Shown here piece by piece: positions 18,941 to 29,731 of a DNA stretch of 64,000 nt (its first letter is position 1; every line of letters begins with the position of its first letter). A program made the position numbers and the translations under genes. The notes beneath the pieces were generated by a model, which was given only the letters and a program-made list of their open reading frames with translations, was not told the origin of the DNA and did not search any database. The stretch comes from an uncultured archaeon. GTDB taxonomy: Archaea; Aenigmatarchaeota; Aenigmatarchaeia; GW2011-AR5. The DNA is taken from NCBI GenBank assembly GCA_964373695.1, contig CAYJVT010000002.1, forward strand, positions 9,448-73,447, in the 5' to 3' direction.

Positions 18941-18993
18941 CTTTAAGACACTCTGTAGTCAAATCTTATAAACCTTGGCGGAGTTAATCAATT

Positions 18994-19872
18994 ATGCTTA
19001 TTCACAAAGTCGAAAACATCCTGGACAGGAACGGCTACGACTACTGCGAGTACAGGGGATGTTTCGACATAGCGGCAAGAAAGAAGGGCATGCTTTTACT
19101 GAAGGTCTTGAGTAATATAGACTCCTTCCAGGAAATCCAGGCCAAGAACCTCAAGATACTGACGAGAGAAATAGACGCCGGCGCAATGATAGTCGGCTCA
19201 ACCACCAGAAGGGAGGTTCTTTCCGACAATATAGTATATGAGAGATTCGAAATACCGGCGATAAGCATAACGACATTTGAAAGCTTTGTAGAAAACGAAG
19301 CCCCGGTTTTATACAGAAGAAGGGGCGGGCTTTTCGTCGACATAAATCCGGAGACGATGAGAAAAAGAAGGCATGAGAGCGGCATGACCCAGGAAGTCCT
19401 GGCTTCCAGAATGGACGTCACAAAAAAAAGCGTATACGAGCACGAAAGGTCCATGATGAAGATGTCCTACGAGAGCGCCGTGCGGATGGAGGGCATCCTC
19501 GGGAAAGGCATAATAGAAAAGGCCAAAATTACCGTAAAAAGCGCCGGCGAGAGAAACTATCCTGAAAGCAGGTTCGAGTCTTTCGTGTCCAAAAACCTCG
19601 AAAAGAAAGGATTCAGGACAGGAATAATAAGGCGGTCGCCTGTCAACATCGTGGCCGAGGAAGGAAAATTCTCCATAATATCCGAGGCCGACGAGGTCCC
19701 TGAGAGAATAGAAAAAAATGCGGCTTCGCTGAAAAAATTCTCCGAGCTTTCGGGCAAGCCGGTGATAGCCATAAGCAAAACCGAGATGGAAACAGACATA
19801 CCTTCAATCGACAAGAAGTCCCTTGCAAGCATGGACGCCAGGGAATTGAAGAGATTTATAAGGAAATGGTAG
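18994..19872 (+). CDS. Archaeal Cro/C1-type HTH transcriptional regulator (COG1395-like)
   Basis: FDIAARK...LLKVLSNID N-terminal domain; HTH RHESGMTQEVLASRMDVTKKSVYEHER. Confidence 0.85.
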   Translation: MLIHKVENILDRNGYDYCEYRGCFDIAARKKGMLLLKVLSNIDSFQEIQAKNLKILTREIDAGAMIVGSTTRREVLSDNIVYERFEIPAISITTFESFVENEAPVLYRRRGGLFVDINPETMRKRRHESGMTQEVLASRMDVTKKSVYEHERSMMKMSYESAVRMEGILGKGIIEKAKITVKSAGERNYPESRFESFVSKNLEKKGFRTGIIRRSPVNIVAEEGKFSIISEADEVPERIEKNAASLKKFSELSGKPVIAISKTEMETDIPSIDKKSLASMDARELKRFIRKW

Positions 19873-19988
19873 CTTTTCTACTCAAAATCGAAGGCTTTTT
19901 AAAGACTTATATTGTATACTTTCATGCACATATAAACCATGTGTATATTTGACCGCTAAAATGCGGTATATTCGGAGGTAGATTAAAT

Positions 19989-21635
19989 ATGCAAGGACTA
20001 AGTGGACAACCTATTTTCATTCTCCCTGAGGGAACTCTCAGGAATACCGGAAGGGATGCGCAATCGCGCAACATAGCTGCGGCCAAAGTAGTCGCTGAAA
20101 GCATCAGGACAACGCTGGGCCCGAAGGGTATGGACAAGATGCTGGTGGACAGCATAGGCGATGTCACCATAACAAATGACGGAGCCACGATTCTCGGAGA
20201 GATGGACATAGAGCATCCTGCCGCAAAGATGATAGTTGAAGTGTCCAAGACCCAGGAGGACGAGGTGGGGGACGGAACCACAACGGCCGTTGTCATAACA
20301 GGGGAGCTCCTGAAGAAGGCCGAGAACCTGATAGAAGAGGGGATACACCCTACCATGATAATAAGAGGCTTCAGGATGGCGAAAAACAAGGCGCTTGATG
20401 TCCTGAACGCATATGCAGACAACATAACACTGGACAACACAAAAGAGCTCGAGAAAATAGCAATGACGGCCATGACAGGAAAGGGAGGCGAATCCGCAAA
20501 GGAAAGCCTCGCAAAAATCGCCGTTGACGCAGTGAAAATTGTCGCGGAAAAAATTGGCGGGAAGGTCGTCATAGAAAAGGAAAACATAAAAATAGAGAAA
20601 AAGCAGGGCGGCAGCATCGAGGATGCGGAACTTATAAGGGGCATAGTCATAGACAAGGAAGTAGTTCATCCAAACATGCCTAAAACCGTGAAGAACGCCA
20701 AGATAGCCCTTATTGACTGCGCTCTGGAGGTCAAGGACACGGAAACCAATGCGGAGATAAGAATAACATCTCCCGACCAGCTCCAGGCGTTCCTGGACCA
20801 GGAGTCCAAGATGCTTAAGGACATGGTCAAGAAAATCGTGGCAAGCGGGTGCAATGTCGTTCTGTGCCAGAAAGGCATAGATGACCTTGCACAGCATTAC
20901 CTCGCGAAAGAGGGCATCATGGCCGCGAGGCGCGTGAAGAAGAGCGACATGGAAAAGCTCGCAAGGGCTACGGGAGGCAAGATAGTCTCCAGCGTAGACG
21001 AAGTGTCCAAGGACGACTTCGGCTTCGCCGGAATCGTCGAGGAGAAGAAGATGGCAGGAGAACAGATGATTTTCGTAAGAGAATGCAAGGATCCGAAGGC
21101 AGTCTCCATACTCGTGCGCGGCGGCACGGAGCATGTCGTTGAAGAGGTAAAGAGGGCAATGGACGACGCAGTCCTCGGAATATCGGCGGCAGTGGAAGTA
21201 GGCAAGGTGGTTCCAGGCGGCGGCGCCACTGAAATAGAGGTTTCGCGCCTGCTAAAGGAATATGCCGAGACTGTCGGAGGCAGGGAACAGCTCGCAATAA
21301 CCGCCTTTGCAGAAGCGGTGGAAATCATACCAAGGACCCTGGCCGAAAGCACCGGGAAGGACCCGATAGACATACTGGTCGCGCTCAGGATGGAGCACGA
21401 GAAAGGCATGAAAAACCGCGGTGTTGACGTGTTCAACGGCGGTACCATGGACATGAAGGAGGCCGGCGTCATAGAGCCTCTGAAGATAAAGACACAGGCA
21501 CTGAAGTCGGCGTCGGAAGCGACCGAGATGATACTCAGGATAGACGACGTCATAACGGCGAAGTCCGGCGGAGGCGGAATGCCACCGGGCGGGCCGCCTG
21601 GCGGCGGAATGGGTGACATGGGCGACATGGATTAA
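19989..21635 (+). CDS. ths: Thermosome (group II chaperonin) subunit
   Basis: [26 protein letters not shown] motifs; GGM-rich tail. Confidence 0.98.
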   Translation: MQGLSGQPIFILPEGTLRNTGRDAQSRNIAAAKVVAESIRTTLGPKGMDKMLVDSIGDVTITNDGATILGEMDIEHPAAKMIVEVSKTQEDEVGDGTTTAVVITGELLKKAENLIEEGIHPTMIIRGFRMAKNKALDVLNAYADNITLDNTKELEKIAMTAMTGKGGESAKESLAKIAVDAVKIVAEKIGGKVVIEKENIKIEKKQGGSIEDAELIRGIVIDKEVVHPNMPKTVKNAKIALIDCALEVKDTETNAEIRITSPDQLQAFLDQESKMLKDMVKKIVASGCNVVLCQKGIDDLAQHYLAKEGIMAARRVKKSDMEKLARATGGKIVSSVDEVSKDDFGFAGIVEEKKMAGEQMIFVRECKDPKAVSILVRGGTEHVVEEVKRAMDDAVLGISAAVEVGKVVPGGGATEIEVSRLLKEYAETVGGREQLAITAFAEAVEIIPRTLAESTGKDPIDILVALRMEHEKGMKNRGVDVFNGGTMDMKEAGVIEPLKIKTQALKSASEATEMILRIDDVITAKSGGGGMPPGGPPGGGMGDMGDMD

Positions 21636-21742
21636 GCCCACAATTTTATTTTTTATATCCAAAATCCTTTTCTTCTGACAATTCACTCTCATCCAAAAGA
21701 GTTCAATAAAACTTTTTATACCGCCTCTTACAGATATTTATC

Positions 21743-22165
21743 ATGCACGAGGAAGAATACGAACTCATACCGCTCAGCCCTATACGCAAGCTTGAGAAAA
21801 GGCTCGACAAGATGGAGAAGGGCGGCGCCGGCGGCGATATGATGAAAGAACTCGTGGATGTGGTCAAAACAAATCAGGCGATAGTGGAGGACATTGTAAA
21901 AGTTAATTCCGAGATGATGGCCAAGGTTTCGGAACTTTCTAACAACATCACGCAATTGACATCGAGGCTGAACGATTTTATGAACAAGATAGAAGTCGTC
22001 AGCGAAGAGCCGGAGCAGAAACCTGCCGATGACGAGATGGGGAGGAAGCTGGAGAAGATAGAAAAACGCCTGAATGCAATAGCACTCTCCAATATCGCCA
22101 AGATGCGAATGCAAAAACCTGTAGAGAGAAGGCCTGTGCCGAGCATGGCAAGGCCCGGTATGTGA
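21743..22165 (+). CDS. Coiled-coil hypothetical protein
   Basis: Heptad-rich; lies between ths and the pilin genes. Confidence 0.75.
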   Translation: MHEEEYELIPLSPIRKLEKRLDKMEKGGAGGDMMKELVDVVKTNQAIVEDIVKVNSEMMAKVSELSNNITQLTSRLNDFMNKIEVVSEEPEQKPADDEMGRKLEKIEKRLNAIALSNIAKMRMQKPVERRPVPSMARPGM

Positions 22166-22203
22166 AAACAAATTTTTATACTGCCAGTCACCATAATTGT
22201 CTT

Positions 22204-22794
22204 ATGAAAGGCCAAACCCAGGTTATATCTCTCGTTCTTATATCCGGAATACTGATAGGCGTCGTGAGTTCCGTATACTTCTGGGGACTGCCTCTCATAC
22301 AAAAGAACCAGGATATATCAATATTACAGAACTCCGAACAGTTCATGAAGGCGCTTAACGATAAGATAAAGAACGTCGCAAACAACGGAGGGAGGGACAA
22401 GCTCACCATAACAGTTTCCGGGATATTCAGGTTCGACCCGGCCGATTCCGGCTTGTTCTCGTATTCAGTAGAAACCGACGGGACTATATACGCGACGAAT
22501 GCCGAGATACCGCTTTCCAGAAATCTCTGCAGCGCCCAGAACGGCGAGTGGGGAAAGAAAGACTCAGAGGTCCTCTGCGTGAAAAGCATAGGAGATGCCA
22601 GATACACCACCACGTATACGCTGAGGTACATAAGGCTTGATTCTGGCTCCAGATCGTTCAGAATAAGGCTGGATGGTGAAAGGGCGGCGGCCGGCGAAAC
22701 GCACGACGTGATTATTGAGAACGTTGGAGCCGAGGAAACCAGCGAAGACGGGAGAAACGTCGTGAACACGCTCATTCAGGTCAGAATCGTCTGA
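22204..22794 (+). CDS. Type IV pilin-like protein (class III signal peptide)
   Basis: MKG|QTQVISLVLISGILIGVV. Confidence 0.75.
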   Translation: MKGQTQVISLVLISGILIGVVSSVYFWGLPLIQKNQDISILQNSEQFMKALNDKIKNVANNGGRDKLTITVSGIFRFDPADSGLFSYSVETDGTIYATNAEIPLSRNLCSAQNGEWGKKDSEVLCVKSIGDARYTTTYTLRYIRLDSGSRSFRIRLDGERAAAGETHDVIIENVGAEETSEDGRNVVNTLIQVRIV

Positions 22795-22826
22795 GATATT
22801 AATCCAGAAAACGACAAGTTATTACA

Positions 22827-23267
22827 ATGAAGGGCCAGAACCAAATAATAAATGAAGTGCTTCTTTTTGCCATAGGAATGTCAATAGCGGCCGCTGTCAT
22901 AATAAACTTCCAGACGGTCCAGAGAACGTCAAGCGAAACGACAATATACAGCAACTTTGAAAACGTTGCCAACACCGTGATAAACGGGATAACCGAGGTC
23001 ATAAAAAGCGAAAGGGGCAAAGTCGTGGTCGCCATACCAGACACCATAGCCTCGATCCAGTACAAGATAAAGGTATCGTCCGACTACCTAATAATATCCA
23101 GCATAAATGACCCGAAAATTAATATCACGAAGAGGCTATTTAATATATCCAGCAGCCATATTATACAGGGCGAGGTTCCCAGCGCTTCAAGATACATCGA
23201 AATAACGTACGAAACTACGCCATTCACCAAGCTCGTGAGGATAAAAAGGGCGGAAAAATATGTCTAA
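22827..23267 (+). CDS. Type IV pilin-like protein
   Basis: MKG|QNQIINEVLLFAIG. Confidence 0.75.
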   Translation: MKGQNQIINEVLLFAIGMSIAAAVIINFQTVQRTSSETTIYSNFENVANTVINGITEVIKSERGKVVVAIPDTIASIQYKIKVSSDYLIISSINDPKINITKRLFNISSSHIIQGEVPSASRYIEITYETTPFTKLVRIKRAEKYV

Positions 23268-25242
23268 GACAATAACCATAAACGGCAGGAAAGTCAGACT
23301 GAATGGCCGCCAAGACAGCAGCTACGGCATGAAGGTTTCTGGCCACAAAGTTGTCATAAAACATAGAATAGAGAAAGGTCATGAAGAAATAGAAGAACTG
23401 AAAAATAAGATAAAGACCCTAGAGAAAAAGATAGAGGAAAAGAACAGAAGATTACCGGTAAGGATAGAGTTGAGGAAAGAGGAACAGAAGAACGAAATTT
23501 CCCCGGACGAAATAAGGAATCTCATAAAAGAAGAACTCTCGTACATGTCGCCGAAGGAGCAGCCCGTTCTAGCACAGAAAAGGAAAATACGCGTCAGGCT
23601 GGCCGGCATGATGCCGTCGGTGACTCCGGCCTCGTCAGCACAAATATCCGGAAAAATATCAGTGGAAACTCCGTCTACCAGAACAGAAACCGTCGAAGGT
23701 ATAGAAATACCAGACATCGTCTCAGAAAGATACGACACCGACGAGGCATTCGACCCATCATCCGTGTCCATGAAATATCCGCTTATCCCGAAGAACCCGA
23801 AACAGGGGGGAAGGGTCTATTCCTACGCCGAGATATTCTTCGACAAGATGTCCGGGGAGATGATATACAAACTCCACGAGCCGGAGCTCAATGACGGGAC
23901 TAAAATTTTCCTGAACGATATAAAGGACTACATACAGGAAAAGATAGACGTGAATTTCGGCCATATAAAGAAGGAAGACGCAGTCGGATATATGATGAAT
24001 GTCTTTGACAAGGCCATCCGGTTCCTCAGAATAAAGACCGACGAAAGGACGCTGGACGACATAAGATACTATATTGTAAGGGATTTCATAGGACTTGAGA
24101 AGATAGAACCCCTTCTCCAGGACTCGCAGATAGAGGACATCTCATGCGACGGCATAGGCATACCTATATTCGTGTACCATAGGAACAGCAAAATAGGCTC
24201 CATAAAAACCAACATCAAGTTTGACGACATGGAATCTCTGGACTCCTTCATCAACAAACTGGCCGAAAGGTGCGGCAAATCAGTCTCCGTGGCAAAGCCC
24301 CTGCTTGACGGATCGCTCCCTGACGGGAGCAGAATCCAGGCCACGCTTGGAAGCGATATCGCCAGGCATGGAAGCAATTTCACCATAAGGATGTTCACTG
24401 AAAAGCCGATAACCCCGATAGACATCATAAAAACCGGGATGTGCGACCCCAAAATCATGGCAGCCATGTGGTTTGCAGTGGAATACCAATCGTCCATCCT
24501 CGTATCCGGCGGGACTGCCACTGGAAAGACCTCCCTCCTGAACGCATTCTCGCTTTTCATAAAACCCCAGATGAAAATAGTCAGCATAGAAGACACGGCT
24601 GAACTGAGGCTTCCACATTCCCACTGGGTGCCGGAAGTCGCAAGGGTATCCATATCTTCCGGCAGGGAGGTCGACATGTTCGAGCTCCTCAAGGAATCGC
24701 TAAGGCAGAGGCCTGACTACATAATAGTAGGCGAGGTCAGGGGAAAGGAAGCCTACGTCCTTTTCCAGCAAATGGCCACGGGACATGCGGGCTTCTCGAC
24801 AATACACGCGGACAACTTCCAGAAACTTGTGGACAGGCTGACAACGCCCCCGATAGAGCTGCCCCCGAATCTCCTCGAGAATCTGGACTTCGTGGTGTTC
24901 ATAAGCAGGTTCAAGCACGGCAACAAATACAAGAGGAGAATCAGCTCAATAACAGAGATCACCGGAATAGACAATATCAAGAAAGCGCCTATCGTAAACG
25001 AAATCGTAAAATGGAACCCCAGAAACGACCTGTTTGATATAAAAAGCGGTAGCACCGTTCTCAAGAAAATATCCGAGAGGTCCAATATGACACCGAAGGA
25101 TGTGCAGGAAGAAATAAGGAGAAGGGCGCAGATACTCGAATGGATGGCAAAAAAGAACATAAATGATTACAGGAAAGTATCATCCATCATAAACCTGTAC
25201 TATCTTTCCCCCGAATTCGTTATGAAGAAAATGGGTGTCTGA
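23260..25242 (+). CDS. Type IV pilus assembly ATPase (VirB11/FlaI/TadA family)
   Basis: IEDISCDG, Walker A GGTATGKT, SIEDTAEL, LRQRPDYIIVGEVRG, GHAGFSTIHA. Confidence 0.95.
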   Translation: MSKTITINGRKVRLNGRQDSSYGMKVSGHKVVIKHRIEKGHEEIEELKNKIKTLEKKIEEKNRRLPVRIELRKEEQKNEISPDEIRNLIKEELSYMSPKEQPVLAQKRKIRVRLAGMMPSVTPASSAQISGKISVETPSTRTETVEGIEIPDIVSERYDTDEAFDPSSVSMKYPLIPKNPKQGGRVYSYAEIFFDKMSGEMIYKLHEPELNDGTKIFLNDIKDYIQEKIDVNFGHIKKEDAVGYMMNVFDKAIRFLRIKTDERTLDDIRYYIVRDFIGLEKIEPLLQDSQIEDISCDGIGIPIFVYHRNSKIGSIKTNIKFDDMESLDSFINKLAERCGKSVSVAKPLLDGSLPDGSRIQATLGSDIARHGSNFTIRMFTEKPITPIDIIKTGMCDPKIMAAMWFAVEYQSSILVSGGTATGKTSLLNAFSLFIKPQMKIVSIEDTAELRLPHSHWVPEVARVSISSGREVDMFELLKESLRQRPDYIIVGEVRGKEAYVLFQQMATGHAGFSTIHADNFQKLVDRLTTPPIELPPNLLENLDFVVFISRFKHGNKYKRRISSITEITGIDNIKKAPIVNEIVKWNPRNDLFDIKSGSTVLKKISERSNMTPKDVQEEIRRRAQILEWMAKKNINDYRKVSSIINLYYLSPEFVMKKMGV

Positions 25243-25243
25243 A

Positions 25244-26101
25244 ATGTTCTATTTTGAAATAGCCGGGAAAATGTTCGGAGAAACGTCAAAGAAACTGAAG
25301 CCGTATTTTCTAGACCTCAGGGACGACCTGCAGAGGGCCGGCATAATGTACACAGTGGAAGAATACATATCAACAGCTATTTTTGTGTTCTTTATGACGT
25401 TCTTCTTCGAGGCCATCTTCCTGTCTTTCATATTCGCAATATTTTTCGATATATTTATAGCTCTCATGCTTGGATTCATGATGTCAATGGGAATCTCGAG
25501 CTTCATCTTCTTCCTTTTCTATTCGTATCCGGCAACAATCTCCAAATCCAAAGAAAAGAGCATAAAGAAATCCCTGCCTTTCGCAGTATCATATATGTCT
25601 TCAATAGCAAGTTCCAAACAAAACCCTGTAATTATGTTCAAATCGATGAGGGAGTTCAAGGAATACGGAGAGATAACCAAGCTATGCTCCAATATAGCCA
25701 GGGATATAGAATTCTTCGGCCTAACGGTCTCGTCGGCGCTGAAGAAATGGGCCAAAAGGACGCCGTCGAAGGACCTGAGGGACCTCCTGTGGAGCATGAA
25801 CACGATAATGATATCGGGCGGCGACCTGTCGCTTTTCCTCAAGCAGAAGAGCGACGACCTCATGGCAGACTACAGGAGGAGGATAAGAAAGTACTCCCAG
25901 GATTTGTCTCTGTATGTGGAGATATACCTCACGCTCATAATAACAGGTTCCATTTTCTTCATAGTGCTGTCGGCCATAATAGCCACCCTTTCCAGCGACT
26001 CGTCGACGACCCTCATACAGAGCTTCGTGGTTTTCGGCCTCCTTCCGGCGCTGTCGTCCGGCTTTATAGTGATAATAAAATCCATGTCCCCGCTGGAATA
26101 A
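25244..26101 (+). CDS. TadC/FlaJ-like pilus platform membrane protein
   Basis: LPFAVSYMSSIASS T2SSF-like segment with TMs; follows the ATPase. Confidence 0.88.
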   Translation: MFYFEIAGKMFGETSKKLKPYFLDLRDDLQRAGIMYTVEEYISTAIFVFFMTFFFEAIFLSFIFAIFFDIFIALMLGFMMSMGISSFIFFLFYSYPATISKSKEKSIKKSLPFAVSYMSSIASSKQNPVIMFKSMREFKEYGEITKLCSNIARDIEFFGLTVSSALKKWAKRTPSKDLRDLLWSMNTIMISGGDLSLFLKQKSDDLMADYRRRIRKYSQDLSLYVEIYLTLIITGSIFFIVLSAIIATLSSDSSTTLIQSFVVFGLLPALSSGFIVIIKSMSPLE

Positions 26102-26262
26102 CCTATGAACAAAGATAGTTACACTGCCGTCTTTAGATGGCAATTTCCCTATCTTTGTCATCCCAGAAGCCTCTTTGTGATATTATCCCATAACTAAAGT
26201 TATAGAGTTTATAGAGGCTTCTGCGGATAAACACTAAATACTCGGCCCTGGATTATAATTAT

Positions 26263-27201
26263 ATGGACATTCAGAACAAAATACTTGCCGCGTCTGGCGC
26301 CGGCGGAGCCGTCATCATACTGACGGCCATAATCCTGTCGACAAGCGCTGCCATTTCGCTGAACCTTGTTCTGGCAGCCATACTCGTCCTTCTCATCCCA
26401 TATAGCATCTTCAAGTTCGTAGAACTGAAAAGGATAAGGGCTTACGAGAACGAATTCCCGACTTTTCTTAGGGACATCGCGGAATCCCAGAGAGCCGGCC
26501 TAAGTATAATAGAAGCATTGAAATCAGCATCCAAGTCCGAATATGGGTCCCTGACAAATGAGATAAGGAAGATGAACAACCAGCTCAGCTGGAACATACC
26601 TCTGGAAAAGGTCCTGAAGAAATTTTCCCATAACATGAAAAAAAGCGAGACTGTAGTCAGGGCCATAATAATAATAGACCAGGCCAACAAATCCGGGGGA
26701 AATATAGAGGAGGTCATGGAATCTCTAGCGTCAAATATGGAATCGATACGGGAAGTCCAGCAGGAAAAATCACTCCTCCTCAACCAGCAGGTCATAATGA
26801 TGTACGCCATATTCTTCATTTTCCTGGGTATAACGCTGGCTCTCATAAAATTCCTTATACCCCTCCTCCAGACCCAGAGTCAGGTAGGGGGATTTTCCAT
26901 TCTTGAGAACTTCAATGCCAACCCATGCGGCTTCTGCCTCCAAAGCACGGATGCGGTCTGCATAGGATGCCAGACATTCTTCACCGTATCAGACGCTTTC
27001 GAGCTCGGTAAAAGGGAGGACGCTGCATCGTACTACAAGTCATTATTTCTGACGATGATAATGATACAGGGGCTTTTCACCGGCCTCATAGCGGGCCAGA
27101 TATCTAACGACTCCATAGTGGCCGGGTTCAAGCACAGCCTCGTCATGCTGATATCAGGCTTTTCTATATTTATGATAATAACCAGGCTGGGGCTCGTATA
27201 G
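26263..27201 (+). CDS. Second TadB/TadC/FlaJ-like platform protein
   Basis: FPTFLRDIAESQRAG, YGSLTNEI and QLSWNIPLEKVL motifs. Confidence 0.88.
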   Translation: MDIQNKILAASGAGGAVIILTAIILSTSAAISLNLVLAAILVLLIPYSIFKFVELKRIRAYENEFPTFLRDIAESQRAGLSIIEALKSASKSEYGSLTNEIRKMNNQLSWNIPLEKVLKKFSHNMKKSETVVRAIIIIDQANKSGGNIEEVMESLASNMESIREVQQEKSLLLNQQVIMMYAIFFIFLGITLALIKFLIPLLQTQSQVGGFSILENFNANPCGFCLQSTDAVCIGCQTFFTVSDAFELGKREDAASYYKSLFLTMIMIQGLFTGLIAGQISNDSIVAGFKHSLVMLISGFSIFMIITRLGLV

Positions 27202-27202
27202 G

Positions 27203-27691
27203 ATGAAAGGCCAGATAAACTTCGAATTTATAATATCCGTCGTCGTATTCATAAGCATAATGAGCTTCATAACTCTACAGATAATAAACAGCGTCTCGGC
27301 GATGAGGTCCGATCTAGAAGTGGAGGACATGAAATCATCGGCATACCAGATATCAAATCTCGTCATGTTCGACAGAGGATGGCCGGACAACTGGAATCCA
27401 GACAACGTACAGAGACTTGGTCTGTCATCGGGATTTTATTCGCTCGACGCCTCAAAAGTTGACAGCCTCAACCAGATATGCGAATCTGAAGATGGGTACA
27501 GAAAATTCCTATCCCTCGTGGGACTTGAGAGATCAAAGGATATATACCTCAACATTTCCATGACATCCGGGGAAACGGTCGTTCTATGCTCACCCAATGT
27601 AGAAAGCCAGATAAGAAACAGGGTAGAGACGGTAAGAACTTCATCGCTGAGCGGGAACATAGTCAAGGTCATCATAAGGGTGGTGCAGTGA
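27203..27691 (+). CDS. Type IV pilin-like protein
   Basis: MKG|QINFEFIISVVVF (Glu at +5). Confidence 0.8.
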   Translation: MKGQINFEFIISVVVFISIMSFITLQIINSVSAMRSDLEVEDMKSSAYQISNLVMFDRGWPDNWNPDNVQRLGLSSGFYSLDASKVDSLNQICESEDGYRKFLSLVGLERSKDIYLNISMTSGETVVLCSPNVESQIRNRVETVRTSSLSGNIVKVIIRVVQ

Positions 27692-28713
27692 AGGGATTTA
27701 TCAGAATTCTTGAGTCAATAATAGCGTCCATCATAATACTTTCCTCACTGACGTTTTTCTTCACACCTTCAGTAGAAAAGCTTGGATGGGAAGACAGCTT
27801 CATCCATATGGAAATGCATGATTCTGTTGAGAGCATCTACAAATCCGGCAGACTGACCGACTACGTCAGAAGAAATGACGCTCATGGGCTGAGTTCCGAA
27901 ATTTCGTCGCTGATGAAAAGAAACATAGACTTCTCGGTGTCAATAAAAGGCGTACCAAACAGCGACATACTGGTCAGCTGCCTGTGTTCTGATGACGAAG
28001 AGATGGTTCTGGAGGACATCCTTGAGCCAAGAGAATTTTCGTACAATGGGAGGTCTATAAGGATCGGTATCGAAAAGGCCGAGATTTCGCAGAATACCAT
28101 ACTCATGAGGAGAGAAACAAACGTGCTCTTCATCTTCAATTATATGGATATGACGCCTTTCAGGGACCAGCTGAAGAACTTCCTTGGCTCCGGAGGGGGC
28201 ATATTCATGATTGCCAACGTCAACGAAAACCAGGTAAATGACGGCTTCATGAACACGACATTCGGCCTCCGTTGGATGGATTTCGGAGGGGCATCCGGAA
28301 ACGGCGTCTTCTACGGAAAAGACTCGCCGTCCAATGCTTCATTCAAGATATACAAATATTTTACGAGGCTTAACGGGGACGAAGGTTCTATGGACAAGTT
28401 CGATAAGGGACCTGAAATAAACAAGATAGGCGTCAATGACAGCACCATCCTGATAGATACAAACGGCAAATATTCCCACGCAAAAGCCGAGAGAACTACA
28501 GAGCGTGGGAGAGCCGTATGGTTTGCAGACTACGACAGGGGGGATAGAAATACGAGCCTGGCCGTCAAGTCATCCATAATGTGGTTGAGCGGGGAATTCT
28601 ACAGGCTGGATCCAACAGAGAAGAACATACCACAAGTTACTTCAAAGGCCAGCATAGAGGTTTACGACGGAGACCCATACGAATTTGGCGTCGAGTACTG
28701 GAATATATTCTAG
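27688..28713 (+). CDS. Large pilin-like protein (GTG start)
   Basis: MKG|FIRILESIIASIII; GTG overlaps the previous stop codon. Confidence 0.7.
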   Translation: MKGFIRILESIIASIIILSSLTFFFTPSVEKLGWEDSFIHMEMHDSVESIYKSGRLTDYVRRNDAHGLSSEISSLMKRNIDFSVSIKGVPNSDILVSCLCSDDEEMVLEDILEPREFSYNGRSIRIGIEKAEISQNTILMRRETNVLFIFNYMDMTPFRDQLKNFLGSGGGIFMIANVNENQVNDGFMNTTFGLRWMDFGGASGNGVFYGKDSPSNASFKIYKYFTRLNGDEGSMDKFDKGPEINKIGVNDSTILIDTNGKYSHAKAERTTERGRAVWFADYDRGDRNTSLAVKSSIMWLSGEFYRLDPTEKNIPQVTSKASIEVYDGDPYEFGVEYWNIF

Positions 28714-28785
28714 GCATACGTGAAACAAGTTTATACACGGCCTTCGCTTGCTCCACTATATAAGGATTGCGCCAAACTTAATCTC

Positions 28786-29400
28786 ATGTTTTGCATCAAG
28801 TGCGGCAAGGAAGCGTCGAAGGGTAATTTCTGCAAAACCTGCTTCCTCGGAATGAACAGCCTGTTCGAGATAGGCAGCGGAATTCTGTACTCGTGCGAGA
28901 TGTGCAATTCATACCACATAAAAAAATCCAAGACTTCCATCGAAGGCTTCATAACAAGTCTCATAAAAACCAAGAATACCCTGAAGAGAGTAAGTATATC
29001 CGGAAAAGAAGTTGGAAACAGAATTATAGCGGATGTAGTATGCAGCGGCTATATATCAGGCATCCCAAAAACCGAACGAAAAAAAACAACCGTCACAATA
29101 AAAAGGCACAAATGCGAGGACTGTATAAAGATATCCGGAAACTATCATGAGGCCGTTATCCAGGCGAGGGGGGAAAGGAGCGACAGTATCCTCAAGAAAG
29201 TAAGCTCTATGGCTGAGCCCCAGATCATAGCAAACATCTCCAGGGCCTCCACAGGATACGACATAAGAATCACCAGCAAGAAGAAGACATCGAAGATAAT
29301 CCAGGCCCTCATGAAAAAATTTGACGTAAAAGCTTCCTACAAGCTGGTTGGTGAAAAGAAGAGTATAAAGCTTTACAGGAACTATTATGCTGTGAGATGA
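28786..29400 (+). CDS. nmd3: NMD3 family ribosome biogenesis protein (short form)
   Basis: MFCIKCG...FCKTC, CEMC, CEDC...GNYHEAVIQAR. Confidence 0.88.
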   Translation: MFCIKCGKEASKGNFCKTCFLGMNSLFEIGSGILYSCEMCNSYHIKKSKTSIEGFITSLIKTKNTLKRVSISGKEVGNRIIADVVCSGYISGIPKTERKKTTVTIKRHKCEDCIKISGNYHEAVIQARGERSDSILKKVSSMAEPQIIANISRASTGYDIRITSKKKTSKIIQALMKKFDVKASYKLVGEKKSIKLYRNYYAVR

Positions 29401-29690
29401 TTTGGATGGAGCAGGAAGATATAAGAGTAAGGAGACCGGGGAGGGGAGAGGTTATGGGAAGGGTTGAAACCCTCATGGGCTCGAACAAGCTCAAGGTAAT
29501 GTGTCAGGACAACAAAATAAGACTGTGCAGAATACCCGGCAAAATGAGAAAACGCATATGGATGAGGGAAGGTGACGCGGTCCTGGTGAAAATATGGGAG
29601 ATACAGGGCGACACTCACGGAGACATCGTATACAAGTACAACCCGACACAGGCCGGGTGGCTGAGGCGAAAAGGAATACTTCTGATATAA
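29397..29690 (+). CDS. eif1a: Translation initiation factor aIF-1A
   Basis: LCRIPGKMRKRIWMREGD...GDIVYKY. Confidence 0.96.
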   Translation: MIWMEQEDIRVRRPGRGEVMGRVETLMGSNKLKVMCQDNKIRLCRIPGKMRKRIWMREGDAVLVKIWEIQGDTHGDIVYKYNPTQAGWLRRKGILLI

Positions 29691-29731
29691 TCATGTATGA
29701 CTTAAAAGCATGGTGTTCATACTCTTTGCAG

